A stretch of 46,314 nt of DNA from Acutalibacteraceae bacterium (GTDB lineage Bacteria; Bacillota; Clostridia; Oscillospirales; Acutalibacteraceae). The notes under the pieces were generated by a model. The model saw nothing but the letters and a program-made list of their open reading frames with translations. It ran no database searches and was not told the origin of the DNA. The position numbers were made by a program, and so were the translations under genes. The stretch is from NCBI GenBank assembly GCA_045590175.1, contig JAZNQM010000172.1:1-46314 (forward strand). The letters are read 5' to 3'. This document shows, piece after piece, positions 18,197-27,043 of this stretch (its first letter is position 1; each line of letters opens with the position of its first letter).

Positions 18197-19220
18197 TGCC
18201 TTCCTTTTTGAGATATCTGTTAATCATAAATACGCTTCCTATGAGACCTGAAATCACACCGACTGCGGCAAATATACCACAGAAAAGGGTTATGTGTTCG
18301 GAGAAAGCAACGGGGTTTGTGAGGGTATCTGCCATAGCTCTCAGTACTGCAGAATAGCCCAGGTAGAGAATACCCAAGGTAACTGCCGCCGAGATAAGAC
18401 CGATTACCATACCTTCAACCACAAAGGGTAGTCTTATAAAGGCATCGGTGGCACCAACCGCCTTCATAATGCTAATCTCCAATTTACGATTGAACATAGT
18501 AACTCGGATTGTATTACAAACAATAACTAATGCAATCAGCAAAAGAACACCTATGATGATGTAACTTGCGGTGTTGATTGCGTTGTTAATAGAAGAAATA
18601 CGCTTAGCCAACTCCTGCTGACTCTTTATGGAATAAACACCATCGACCTGTTTAATTTTGGAAACGGTACTGTCGAATAAAGAGATGTCATCAAGGGTTA
18701 TTTTTACAGCACCGGGCAGAGGATTTTCTCCATCCTCCTGAAGCTGCATAATATACTTAGCTTGTTCTTCAGACATAGTGGCGGCGAAGCGGATTATACC
18801 CTCTTCGGGAGAAATATATTCAGCCTTTGCCACATTGTCAAGTCTTTCGATTTCCTCGGTTACAGCCAAAGCTTCTTCCTCGTTGTGGACGGTGTAATCG
18901 TCGTGAGGAATGTCGGAATGAATATTATCGCTATCCTCTGTCTCGTCGGAGTCTGAAGCCTCATCCTTTGAGGTATCGGGAGAAGCAATATATTCTTCGG
19001 AATATCTTACGGCATTGTAATCGTGAAGATATGCCATTATAACGTTTTCTTTTTCCAAAGCCATCATAGCCTTGTCGATGTTGAAGGTAAGCAACATCGC
19101 GGCACCGATAAGGGACATACAGCAAATGAGAACACCCACTGATGCCAACGACATGAGGCGGTTGTCCCAGACGTTTTTGAAGCCTTCATAGGTAAGATGA
19201 CGAACACTGCTTAATTTCAT
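18174..19220 (-). CDS. ftsX: cell-division ABC permease-like protein FtsX
   Basis: It has four TM helices, a large first extracellular loop and the FtsX C-terminal domain. It overlaps ftsE by ATGA. The loop carries an acidic insert (DTSKDEASDSDETEDSD). Confidence 0.88.
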   Translation of the reverse strand: MKLSSVRHLTYEGFKNVWDNRLMSLASVGVLICCMSLIGAAMLLTFNIDKAMMALEKENVIMAYLHDYNAVRYSEEYIASPDTSKDEASDSDETEDSDNIHSDIPHDDYTVHNEEEALAVTEEIERLDNVAKAEYISPEEGIIRFAATMSEEQAKYIMQLQEDGENPLPGAVKITLDDISLFDSTVSKIKQVDGVYSIKSQQELAKRISSINNAINTASYIIIGVLLLIALVIVCNTIRVTMFNRKLEISIMKAVGATDAFIRLPFVVEGMVIGLISAAVTLGILYLGYSAVLRAMADTLTNPVAFSEHITLFCGIFAAVGVISGLIGSVFMINRYLKKEGSEFSALS

Positions 19221-19921
19221 TTCATACCTCCGTCGGCATTATCTGCCACCACTCTGCCGTTTTCCAGCATTATAACTCTGCGTTTGAAATCACGGACAAG
19301 CTGATGCTCGTGGGTAACCATCAGAACGGTGGTGCCCATTTTGTTGATTTCGGTGAGCATTTCCACGATTTCGTAGGACATATTGGGGTCTACGTTACCT
19401 GTGGGCTCGTCGGCAATGATAAGGGAGGGGTTATTAACAAGAGCTCGGGCAAGGCCGACTCTCTGCTGTTCACCGCCGGAAAGCTCCGCAGGCTTTGAAC
19501 GGGCTTTGCCGCTAAGGCCCACAACGGACAGTACGTGAGAAACCTTCTTACGAATCTGTTGTTTGGAAGCACCAACAACGTGCATTGAAAAAGCAACGTT
19601 ATCGTATACATTCATATTAGGAATAAGACGGAAATCCTGGAAAACGATGCCCATTGTTCTTCTGAGCATCGGAATCTGTCTGTGCTTTAATTTATTAAGC
19701 TTGAAGCCGTTTACGATGATTTCACCTGCAGAGGGCTTTTCCTCACGCATAAGCAACTTCATAAAGGTACTTTTACCCGCACCTGAAGAACCTACCACAA
19801 ACACGAATTCACCTTTTTTAACCGTCAGGTTAACGTCGTTGAGGGCGTGGGTACCGGTAGGATATGTTTTTGAAACACCTTTTAGCTCTATTATGGTGTT
19901 ATTATCTTGCGTAAATTCCAT
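19217..19921 (-). CDS. ftsE: cell-division ATP-binding protein FtsE
   Basis: Contains Walker [10 protein letters not shown], the signature LSGGEQQR and Walker [13 protein letters not shown]. Confidence 0.92.
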   Translation of the reverse strand: MEFTQDNNTIIELKGVSKTYPTGTHALNDVNLTVKKGEFVFVVGSSGAGKSTFMKLLMREEKPSAGEIIVNGFKLNKLKHRQIPMLRRTMGIVFQDFRLIPNMNVYDNVAFSMHVVGASKQQIRKKVSHVLSVVGLSGKARSKPAELSGGEQQRVGLARALVNNPSLIIADEPTGNVDPNMSYEIVEMLTEINKMGTTVLMVTHEHQLVRDFKRRVIMLENGRVVADNADGGMK

Positions 19922-19938
19922 AAGATGTAACTACCTCA

Positions 19939-21024
19939 TCAATATTTAATAGGGTTGGCTTTCAGATACTTCTTAACCATAAGGGCAATTTTAAACACGA
20001 TTGCGTGGTCAAATTCGCGAAGGTCAAGTCCTGTGATTTTCTTGATTTTCTCAAGACGGTAAACCAAAGTATTTCTGTGGACAAAAAGCTTTCTTGAAGT
20101 TTCTGAAACGTTAAGGTTGTTTTCGAAGAATTTCTGGATTGTGAAAAGTGTTTCCTGGTCAAGACTCTCGATTGAACCGCGTTTAAACACTTCGCGAAGG
20201 TAGGTTTCGCAAAGGGTTGTGGGGAGCTGATAAATAAGTCTTGCAATGCCAAGATTATCGTAGCTGATGATGGTCTTTTCATTGTCAAAAACCTTACCGA
20301 CTTCGAGAGCAATCTGAGATTCCTTGAAGGAACGGGCAAGGTCCTTGAGAGTATCAACTGTGGAGCCGATACCAACAACAGCGTGGATATAGAACTCGCT
20401 TGACAATGTGTCCACAATCGAGCGAGCGAGATTCTCAAGGTCTTTAGAATCGATAGAATGGGTCGTTTCCTTAACAATAGCGATATCGGATTCACTGATG
20501 TTAATAACAAAATCTTTGGATTTGTTCGGGAACAGGTTCTGAATGATATCAAAAATCGGAACTTCGTTCTTAGAAACGATGCGGATAAGAATTACAGCGC
20601 GGGAAACCTCACCGTTAAAATGAAGCTCACGAGCCTTAAGATATATATCTCCGGGGAGGATATTATCAAGGATTATATTCTTAATAAAATTACCGCGATC
20701 ATACTTCTCGTCATAGTAGTGCTTGATATTGGTGAGGGCGACCGCTAAAAGCGAAGCGTATCTTGCCGCCTGGGGATCGCTACCCTCAACGAAGAGTATG
20801 TACTCAGAATCCTGAACTCCGCCAAAAGGCTTATATGTGTATTGTCCTTTTACAAAGGCATCGCTGCTTGCGGCAATATTTGAAACCTTAAGGTCGTGGA
20901 CATCTCCCACCATACTCAATTCGCTGCAAGCGATGACTGTGGACTTCTCGTCGATTACGCCGATCATTCTATCCACTGCATCCTTCATTTGGTGAACTAC
21001 ACCTTGGAACAATCTGTTGGACAT
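19939..21024 (-). CDS. CdaR/PucR-family transcriptional regulator
   Basis: The C-terminal HTH ETSRKLFVHRNTLVYRLEKIKKITGLDLREF is typical of the PucR/CdaR family. The N-terminal part resembles a diacid-recognition-like domain. Confidence 0.75.
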   Translation of the reverse strand: MSNRLFQGVVHQMKDAVDRMIGVIDEKSTVIACSELSMVGDVHDLKVSNIAASSDAFVKGQYTYKPFGGVQDSEYILFVEGSDPQAARYASLLAVALTNIKHYYDEKYDRGNFIKNIILDNILPGDIYLKARELHFNGEVSRAVILIRIVSKNEVPIFDIIQNLFPNKSKDFVINISESDIAIVKETTHSIDSKDLENLARSIVDTLSSEFYIHAVVGIGSTVDTLKDLARSFKESQIALEVGKVFDNEKTIISYDNLGIARLIYQLPTTLCETYLREVFKRGSIESLDQETLFTIQKFFENNLNVSETSRKLFVHRNTLVYRLEKIKKITGLDLREFDHAIVFKIALMVKKYLKANPIKY

Positions 21025-21141
21025 ATTACCTTCCTCTTTTCTTGTGTTTTTGTTAAGGTTATACAGAAAATTTATTCATTTCTTATATATAATACACAAT
21101 TCTATAGCACTTTTCAAGTCTTTTTTGCAAAAAATATGCGA

Positions 21142-21163
21142 AAAGTTACAAAAAAGTTACAAA
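21142..21163. repeat. Perfect tandem direct repeat 2 x AAAGTTACAAA
   Basis: Units at 21142-21152 and 21153-21163 are identical. They lie in the divergent intergenic region between the regulator and mnmA. Confidence 0.9.
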
Positions 21164-21244
21164 GCCTATATTTATTCACCTATAATTTAATAGAATTGTC
21201 AGTAATTAACCATTTCAGTATCCTTTTTATACTAAACGAAACTA

Positions 21245-21273
21245 TTGACTTTAGATGATTTTCTGCTTAAAAT
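21245..21273 (+). promoter_or_regulatory. Sigma-A-type promoter for mnmA
   Basis: TTGACT (21245-21250), a 17-nt spacer, then TAAAAT (21268-21273), about 36 nt upstream of the ATG. Confidence 0.45.
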
Positions 21274-21309
21274 ATAAATGTCAGATTAAATTATACGGTG
21301 ATATTTTAA

Positions 21310-22401
21310 ATGAACAAGAAAAAAGCTATAATCGCAATGAGCGGCGGAGTGGACAGCTCGGTAGCAGCATTACTCATAAAGGAACGTGGCATTGACTGCA
21401 TAGGTATTACCATGCAGCTGCAGGGTGGCGAAGATTTTAATATAGAAGCAGAGCCGTCCTGCTGCACTAATCTGGATATCGCGGATGCCCGACGTGTGGC
21501 AGACATCTTAGGTATCCCCTTCTCCGTTCTTAATTTCAGTGATGATTTCAACAAACAGGTTATCGAAAGGTTTATAGATGCCTACGAAAAAGGCTTCACC
21601 CCTAACCCTTGTATCGACTGTAACCGTCATATAAAATGGGCAAAGCTGTTCGAGGAAATGCAAAAGCTGGGCTTCGACTATGTGGTAACAGGTCACTATG
21701 CCCGTATAGAATACAATGCTGACACTGAGCAGTACGAGCTGAAAAAAGGACTTGACGAAACCAAGGACCAAAGCTATGTGCTTTACAATATGACTCAGGA
21801 GCAACTATCCCACACCCTGCTTCCTATTGGTGAATTAAGCAAGCCTCAGGTCAGAGAATTGGCAGAATCGTGTGGTTTAATCAATGCCGAGAAGCCCGAT
21901 AGTCAGGACATCTGCTTCATCCCCGACGGGGACTACGCCGCATTTATCGAGTACCGCACAGGAAAGACCTACCCCAAGGGTGAGTTTGTAGATAAAGACG
22001 GGAATGTTTTAGGTGAGCACAAGGGCCTCATCCGCTACACTATAGGTCAGCGTAAGGGCTTGGGTTTAGCTCTCAAAAAGCCCGGATATGTTTGCAGGAA
22101 ATGCGGTGATACAAACAGGGTGATAATCGGCGACAATGAGGATTTGTTTACCTGCAGACTTGTAGCCGACGACTTTAATTGGATTTTAGGAGTTCCCGAA
22201 GCACCTATTAAGGTTAAGGCAAAAACCAGGTACAAGCACCGCGAACAACCCGCCACCGCCACCTTGCTTTCAGACGGCAGAGTGGAAATTGTTTTCCACG
22301 AGCCTCAAAGGGCAATTACCGAGGGGCAGGCGGTTGTGCTATACGATGGTGACACCGTGCTTGGCGGCGGCACTATCGCAGAAACGGAATACAATATATG
22401 A
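21310..22401 (+). CDS. mnmA: tRNA 2-thiouridine(34) synthase MnmA
   Basis: Contains the PP-loop AMSGGVDSSVAA, the NPCIDCN motif and DSQDICF. Confidence 0.93.
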   Translation: MNKKKAIIAMSGGVDSSVAALLIKERGIDCIGITMQLQGGEDFNIEAEPSCCTNLDIADARRVADILGIPFSVLNFSDDFNKQVIERFIDAYEKGFTPNPCIDCNRHIKWAKLFEEMQKLGFDYVVTGHYARIEYNADTEQYELKKGLDETKDQSYVLYNMTQEQLSHTLLPIGELSKPQVRELAESCGLINAEKPDSQDICFIPDGDYAAFIEYRTGKTYPKGEFVDKDGNVLGEHKGLIRYTIGQRKGLGLALKKPGYVCRKCGDTNRVIIGDNEDLFTCRLVADDFNWILGVPEAPIKVKAKTRYKHREQPATATLLSDGRVEIVFHEPQRAITEGQAVVLYDGDTVLGGGTIAETEYNI

Positions 22402-22415
22402 ATCGAGGACGATAT

Positions 22416-23414
22416 ATGAAAAAACATCTGCTCCCCCAAAGGGCAAATCTGTTTAAAGCTAATATGCACTGCCACAGCAATCTGTCAGACGGGCAATATT
22501 CCCCGAAAGAATTGAAAGATTTTTACAAGGCTCAGGGCTATTCAGTTCTTGCCATCACCGACCACGAGGGGCTTTTCTACCACAAGGAGCTTGACGACGA
22601 TGAGTTTCTCACTATTGCGGGAATGGAGCTGGAGTTCAACGAGGTTTGCGGCGACGACTTTAACGATTGGATTGTGACCCATCTCTGCGTTTATAAAAAG
22701 GACCCCTCCAAAATATTTCAGTTAGGCTTTCAAAAGGATTATGACCATCCGAAATTCAACTGGCTGCACGACCCGAATTTGAAAAACAAAATTCTGTCTA
22801 AGGGCGAACCGCTGGACAAAAGTCACACCCCCGAAGCCATAAACACCGCAATTGAGCGGTATAAGGCTGCAGGGTTCATAGTCAGCTACAACCACCCTCG
22901 TTGGTCAAGGGAAAACTACACCCACTATTCAAAATACAAGGGTATGAACAATCTCGAAATATACAATAACGGCACCTACATCGACGGCCATAACGATGAC
23001 AACGGCGACATTTACGACGATTTATTAGCCTTGGGTGAGCGTTGCTATCCCGTTGCTGCCGACGATAATCATCGCCCCTGCGATATGTTCGGCGGATTCA
23101 TAATGCTTGCGGCAGATACTCTTGATTACGAAAGCATTATCTCCGCATTTGAAAAGGGAGAGTTCTACTCCTCCTGCGGTCCGCTGCTTTCGGAAATATA
23201 TTCAGAAAACGGAGAAATACATATTGAAGCCGCCTCTCCCCTTCGAGAAATTCGGTTCCACACCGCCACAAGGCACAGCGGAGTAGTAAAAGGAGATTCA
23301 GTTTATAAAGCTTCATTTAAGCCTCGCAGCAATGACAAATACGTACGAGCCGAGTGCATTGGTATCGACGGCAAAAAGGCATATACAAGAGCCTATTTTA
23401 TTAATGAATTATAA
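22416..23414 (+). CDS. PHP-domain metal-dependent phosphoesterase
   Basis: NMHCHSNLSDGQYSP...VLAITDHE is the PHP N-terminal motif. GAGGA at 22405-22409 favours the ATG at 22416 over 22398. Confidence 0.75.
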   Translation: MKKHLLPQRANLFKANMHCHSNLSDGQYSPKELKDFYKAQGYSVLAITDHEGLFYHKELDDDEFLTIAGMELEFNEVCGDDFNDWIVTHLCVYKKDPSKIFQLGFQKDYDHPKFNWLHDPNLKNKILSKGEPLDKSHTPEAINTAIERYKAAGFIVSYNHPRWSRENYTHYSKYKGMNNLEIYNNGTYIDGHNDDNGDIYDDLLALGERCYPVAADDNHRPCDMFGGFIMLAADTLDYESIISAFEKGEFYSSCGPLLSEIYSENGEIHIEAASPLREIRFHTATRHSGVVKGDSVYKASFKPRSNDKYVRAECIGIDGKKAYTRAYFINEL

Positions 23415-23420
23415 AGGAAA

Positions 23421-23454
23421 CGGCATCCCAACTTTTTTCGGGATGCCGCTTTTT
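23421..23454. terminator. Bidirectional terminator between convergent genes
   Basis: CGGCATCCC (23421-23429) pairs with GGGATGCCG (23440-23448). There is a T-run on the plus side and a T-rich tail on the minus side. Confidence 0.75.
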
Positions 23455-23455
23455 G

Positions 23456-24256
23456 TTATTCGTATTCGTAATATTTCTTATTTGCTTTGATTTTGCTTAA
23501 ATCAACGGTTAGTTTAGTTGTGTCAAGCACTTCTAAGGTTTCGGGGTTGGCAACGTTAAGGTTGAACTCAAGAACATTGACGTTTCTCAAGTCGTCCAAA
23601 AATTTGGGATGGCTCGATTCTTCGTCCTCGTCATCATAATATTCCGTTTCAAAAGAAAGGCTTATAAGATGGGTTTTGCCCGGCTGGAGAATAATGCTTT
23701 CATCCTCGGCATAGTAAGAATCCCAGTCAAATGACCAACCGAAACTTACATCATCTACGGAAAAGTCACCTCTGCCTATGCCCTTTTCTCCGTCGAACAG
23801 CACCTTTGTAGGATAGAAGCTTATCTTTTCTTTAGTGTTGTTTTTTACCTCAACCAAAAGCTCGATGGTATATTCGTCGCGATAGCTTTCTTTGGGAATG
23901 AGACTGACGTCCAAATCTCCTACTTCGCAAAGGGAAGTAGTTTTATAGTCGGAGGTGTCGGTATCTTCTGAAGCCATAAGGAAAATCATACAGCTTGCCG
24001 TACCGATCATAATGCCGAACATAACCAGCACTGCCACAAGCCAGAACCACCATTTAGCAAAGATGCTTTTCTTGGCTTTTTTATTGCTGACATAGGGCGA
24101 AAAACCGCACTTGGGACACACATAAGTATAGGGTGTTCCGCACATAGGGCAGGGGTTGACGGGAGCACCGTTCTGCGGATTATTACCCACAGGCTGGTTG
24201 TTTTCGCTCTCGGAAGGCTCGCCGTTAAGTATAACGTTATCCTGGTTGTTTTCCAT
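23456..24256 (-). CDS. zinc-ribbon / single-TM / extracellular beta-rich domain protein (paralog A, DUF4352-like)
   Basis: The N-terminus carries CPMCGTPYTYVCPKCG, then KKAKKSIFAKWWFWLVAVLVMFG as a TM helix, then an extracellular domain. It is paralogous to the next gene. Confidence 0.8.
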   Translation of the reverse strand: MENNQDNVILNGEPSESENNQPVGNNPQNGAPVNPCPMCGTPYTYVCPKCGFSPYVSNKKAKKSIFAKWWFWLVAVLVMFGIMIGTASCMIFLMASEDTDTSDYKTTSLCEVGDLDVSLIPKESYRDEYTIELLVEVKNNTKEKISFYPTKVLFDGEKGIGRGDFSVDDVSFGWSFDWDSYYAEDESIILQPGKTHLISLSFETEYYDDEDEESSHPKFLDDLRNVNVLEFNLNVANPETLEVLDTTKLTVDLSKIKANKKYYEYE

Positions 24257-24272
24257 TTGAAATCACCTCAAA
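24041..24272. repeat. Duplicated 5' gene segment, copy 1 (pairs with 24802..25033, offset 761 bp)
   Basis: 24202-24272 versus 24963-25033 match at 70 of 71 positions. 24041-24160 versus 24802-24921 are roughly 90 percent identical by eye. The stretch between them is divergent. Confidence 0.9.
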
Positions 24273-24291
24273 AATTAAATATGTGAACTGT

Positions 24292-25017
24292 TTATTCTTC
24301 TGCATACTCGTCAATTTCAATTTTGCTGAGATCGAAAGTGACCCTTGTTGTATCCAAAACCTCAAGCGTTACGGGATCTGCGATATTTACGTTGAATTCA
24401 AGAGTCTTGTATTTTGTCATATCGACATCAGTTTCCTCATCGTCCGAACTAAAACTAAACTGTGCCCGCATAATGTCATCGGATTTTAATATCAAGCTCT
24501 CGTCTTCAGCATAGTCAGATGGATCCAAAGAAACATAATTACATAGTGCTAAAATCTTTTCTCCGTCCACTGTTGCTTTTATAGGATAGAAGCATATTGT
24601 TTCATCACCCGAATTTTTAACCTGCAAATTGAACACAATTTCGTAATCAGAACGCCAACTGTATTCGGGCTCATACATCATCTCGACTTCTCCAACACGG
24701 CAAAAAGGTAATACTTCCTCGTCGAAATCCGTCTTAGTAAGGTAAGAATACCAACACGTGGAACCAGTTATGACGCTGAACATAAGCAACACCGCTATAA
24801 GCCAGAACCACCATTTAGTAAAGATGCTTTTCTTGGCTTTTTTATTGCTGACATAGGGCGAATATCCGCACTTGAGACACGCGTAGGTATAGGGTGTTCC
24901 GCACACGGGGCAGGAATTGACATAAGCCCCTTTCTGCGGCTTGTTGCCCTCAGGATGACCGCTTTCGCTCTCGGCAGGCTCGCCGTTAAGTATAACGTTA
25001 TCCTGGTTGTTTTCCAT
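24292..25017 (-). CDS. zinc-ribbon / single-TM / extracellular domain protein (paralog B)
   Basis: Same architecture as paralog A (CPVCGTPYTYACLKCG, WWFWLIAVLLMF). The first 15 codons and the SD region are almost identical to paralog A. Confidence 0.8.
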   Translation of the reverse strand: MENNQDNVILNGEPAESESGHPEGNKPQKGAYVNSCPVCGTPYTYACLKCGYSPYVSNKKAKKSIFTKWWFWLIAVLLMFSVITGSTCWYSYLTKTDFDEEVLPFCRVGEVEMMYEPEYSWRSDYEIVFNLQVKNSGDETICFYPIKATVDGEKILALCNYVSLDPSDYAEDESLILKSDDIMRAQFSFSSDDEETDVDMTKYKTLEFNVNIADPVTLEVLDTTRVTFDLSKIEIDEYAEE

Positions 25018-25033
25018 TTGAAATCACCTCAAA
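24802..25033. repeat. Duplicated 5' gene segment, copy 2
   Basis: See copy 1. There are no indels across the block, since the offset stays at 761 bp. Confidence 0.9.
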
Positions 25034-25034
25034 T

Positions 25035-26864
25035 TCAATCGGTTATGAACTGCTTGTACCACACGAGGAAGGTGTATACAGTCCAGATTTTGCGGCTGTT
25101 GTCTGCCTTGCCGGCACGGTGGTCGTCCATAAGCTTAACAAGGAGCTTTGTATTGAAATACTTTTCTGAGGTTTCGGAAAGGAATTCAGCCTTAACCAAA
25201 TCGTAATACTTATCCTCTTTAAGCCAAACGCGGATAGGTACGGGAAATCCAAGTTTGGGCTTCTCGGAAGTCTTGCTGGGAAGGGTCTTGGAGGCGGCAC
25301 GTCTTAAAGCCAGCTTGGTGCTGCTGAGGTTGACGCGCTTATCAAGAGGGATGGTGCGGGCTAAGTTCATAATTTCCTTATCAAGGAAAGGTACGCGAAG
25401 CTCGAGGGAATGAGCCATTGACATTTTGTCGGCTTTAAGAAGGATATCTCCCATCATCCACATATTGATATCAAGGTACTGCATACGGGTAACCTCGTCC
25501 TTATCGCTGACCTCTTTATAGAACTTAGCACATATCTCACGGGGGGCGGGAGCAGTGTCATTCTTAAGAATTTTGGCTCTCTCGCGTTTGGAGAATATGT
25601 TAGCATTTCCGATGAACCAATCCTCAACAGGTCTGCCACGGCGAACAAGGAAGTTTACACCGTGCACCTTAGGAAGCTGCATTGCAACAAGTCCAAGGAA
25701 ACGACGGATGAACTTAGGAACAAGGTTGAATTTAGGACAAGCCAAGGGGGCACCGTAAATCTGATAACCACCGAAAAGCTCGTCTGCACCCTCGCCCGAC
25801 AGCACAACCTTCACGTGCTCGGCAGCAAGCTTAGAAACAAAGTACAAGGGCACAGCGGCAGGGTCGGCAAGGGGTTCGTCCATCTGATACTGAATTTTCG
25901 GGAATTCGCCCCAATATTCCTCAGGGGTGATAACCTTGCTGATATTAACAGTATTGATGAAATCGGCAAACTCCTTAGCATAGCTGATTTCGTTATACTT
26001 CTCGTCGGTGCCAAATCCAACGGTGAAAGTCTTGTCCACGTTGGCGGTGGCGGCAATATAGCTTGAATCGATACCGCTGGACAAGAAGGAGCCAACTTCA
26101 ACGTCGCTGATTTTATGAGCCTCAACCGACTCCTTGATTGCATCGTCGATAAGATCGGCGTATTCGGTCATAGTCTTGCCGTCGGTATCAGCCTCGAACT
26201 CGGGTCTCCAATATCGGGTCTTATACATCTCGCCGTTTTTATAGGTGAAATAGTGGGCAGGCGGGAGCTTATATACATTCTTAAAGAAGGTTTCCTCGGT
26301 GGGAGAATACTGGAAGGAAAGATAGTTTGCCAGTGCCTCCTCATTAAGGGCGGCTGTAAAAGCGGGGTGAGGAATAAAGCCCTTGATTTCAGAGCCGAAA
26401 AGGAAGTCGGCACCAAAGCGGGCATAATAGAAAGGCTTAATACCAAAGTAGTCGCGGGCACCGAAAAGGGTTTTGTTTTTGGTGTCCCAAATAACGAAGG
26501 AGAACATACCGCGAAGCATAGGAACCAGGTCCTCTCCGTATTCCTCGTAGCCATGGATAAGCACCTCGCTGTCGCTTTCAGTCCTAAAAACGTGACCTGC
26601 CGCAACAAGGCCTTCTCTTATCTGACGGTAGTTATAAATTTCGCCGTTGAACACCATAGCTAAGGTATTGTCCTCATTATATAAAGGCTGATGTCCCGCC
26701 TCTAAATCTATGATACTCAAACGACGAAAGCCTAAAGCGATATCGTCGTTGACAAACTGTCCGTGGGAGTCGGGACCGCGGTGGACAATCTTGTCCATCA
26801 TAGCAGTCAGCACCTCGGGGGCACTCTCCCCTATTGTATTAGTAAAACCAACATATCCGCACAT
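25035..26864 (-). CDS. asnB: asparagine synthase (glutamine-hydrolysing)
   Basis: The N-terminal MCGYVGF Ntn-amidotransferase start, HRGPD, and the PP-loop SSGIDSS are present, in a protein of 609 aa. Confidence 0.92.
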   Translation of the reverse strand: MCGYVGFTNTIGESAPEVLTAMMDKIVHRGPDSHGQFVNDDIALGFRRLSIIDLEAGHQPLYNEDNTLAMVFNGEIYNYRQIREGLVAAGHVFRTESDSEVLIHGYEEYGEDLVPMLRGMFSFVIWDTKNKTLFGARDYFGIKPFYYARFGADFLFGSEIKGFIPHPAFTAALNEEALANYLSFQYSPTEETFFKNVYKLPPAHYFTYKNGEMYKTRYWRPEFEADTDGKTMTEYADLIDDAIKESVEAHKISDVEVGSFLSSGIDSSYIAATANVDKTFTVGFGTDEKYNEISYAKEFADFINTVNISKVITPEEYWGEFPKIQYQMDEPLADPAAVPLYFVSKLAAEHVKVVLSGEGADELFGGYQIYGAPLACPKFNLVPKFIRRFLGLVAMQLPKVHGVNFLVRRGRPVEDWFIGNANIFSKRERAKILKNDTAPAPREICAKFYKEVSDKDEVTRMQYLDINMWMMGDILLKADKMSMAHSLELRVPFLDKEIMNLARTIPLDKRVNLSSTKLALRRAASKTLPSKTSEKPKLGFPVPIRVWLKEDKYYDLVKAEFLSETSEKYFNTKLLVKLMDDHRAGKADNSRKIWTVYTFLVWYKQFITD

Positions 26865-27000
26865 GCAGGTATACCTCCAAAAGTTAAATTACATTATTAC
26901 ACAATTTTATTATACTTCACTTTGGGAAAAACTTAAAGCCCTTTTTTGCATTTTTTTGAAAAAGATTGAAATTCTTTTTTATAATATTCCCAAAGCATAC

Positions 27001-27028
27001 AAAAAGCCCGTGCCGAGTGGCACGGGCT
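27001..27028 (-). terminator. Rho-independent terminator after the ABC ATPase gene
   Basis: AGCCCGTGCC (27005-27014) pairs with GGCACGGGCT (27019-27028) around a 4-nt loop. On the minus strand it is followed by T5. Confidence 0.85.
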
Positions 27029-27043
27029 GAATTATTACCAATA

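Noticed and set aside
19962-20552. A 196-aa same-strand alternative-frame ORF inside the CdaR/PucR regulator gene.
   Set aside because: The regulator frame gives a full-length family-typical protein. The alternative frame is Leu/Ser/Arg-rich without motifs.
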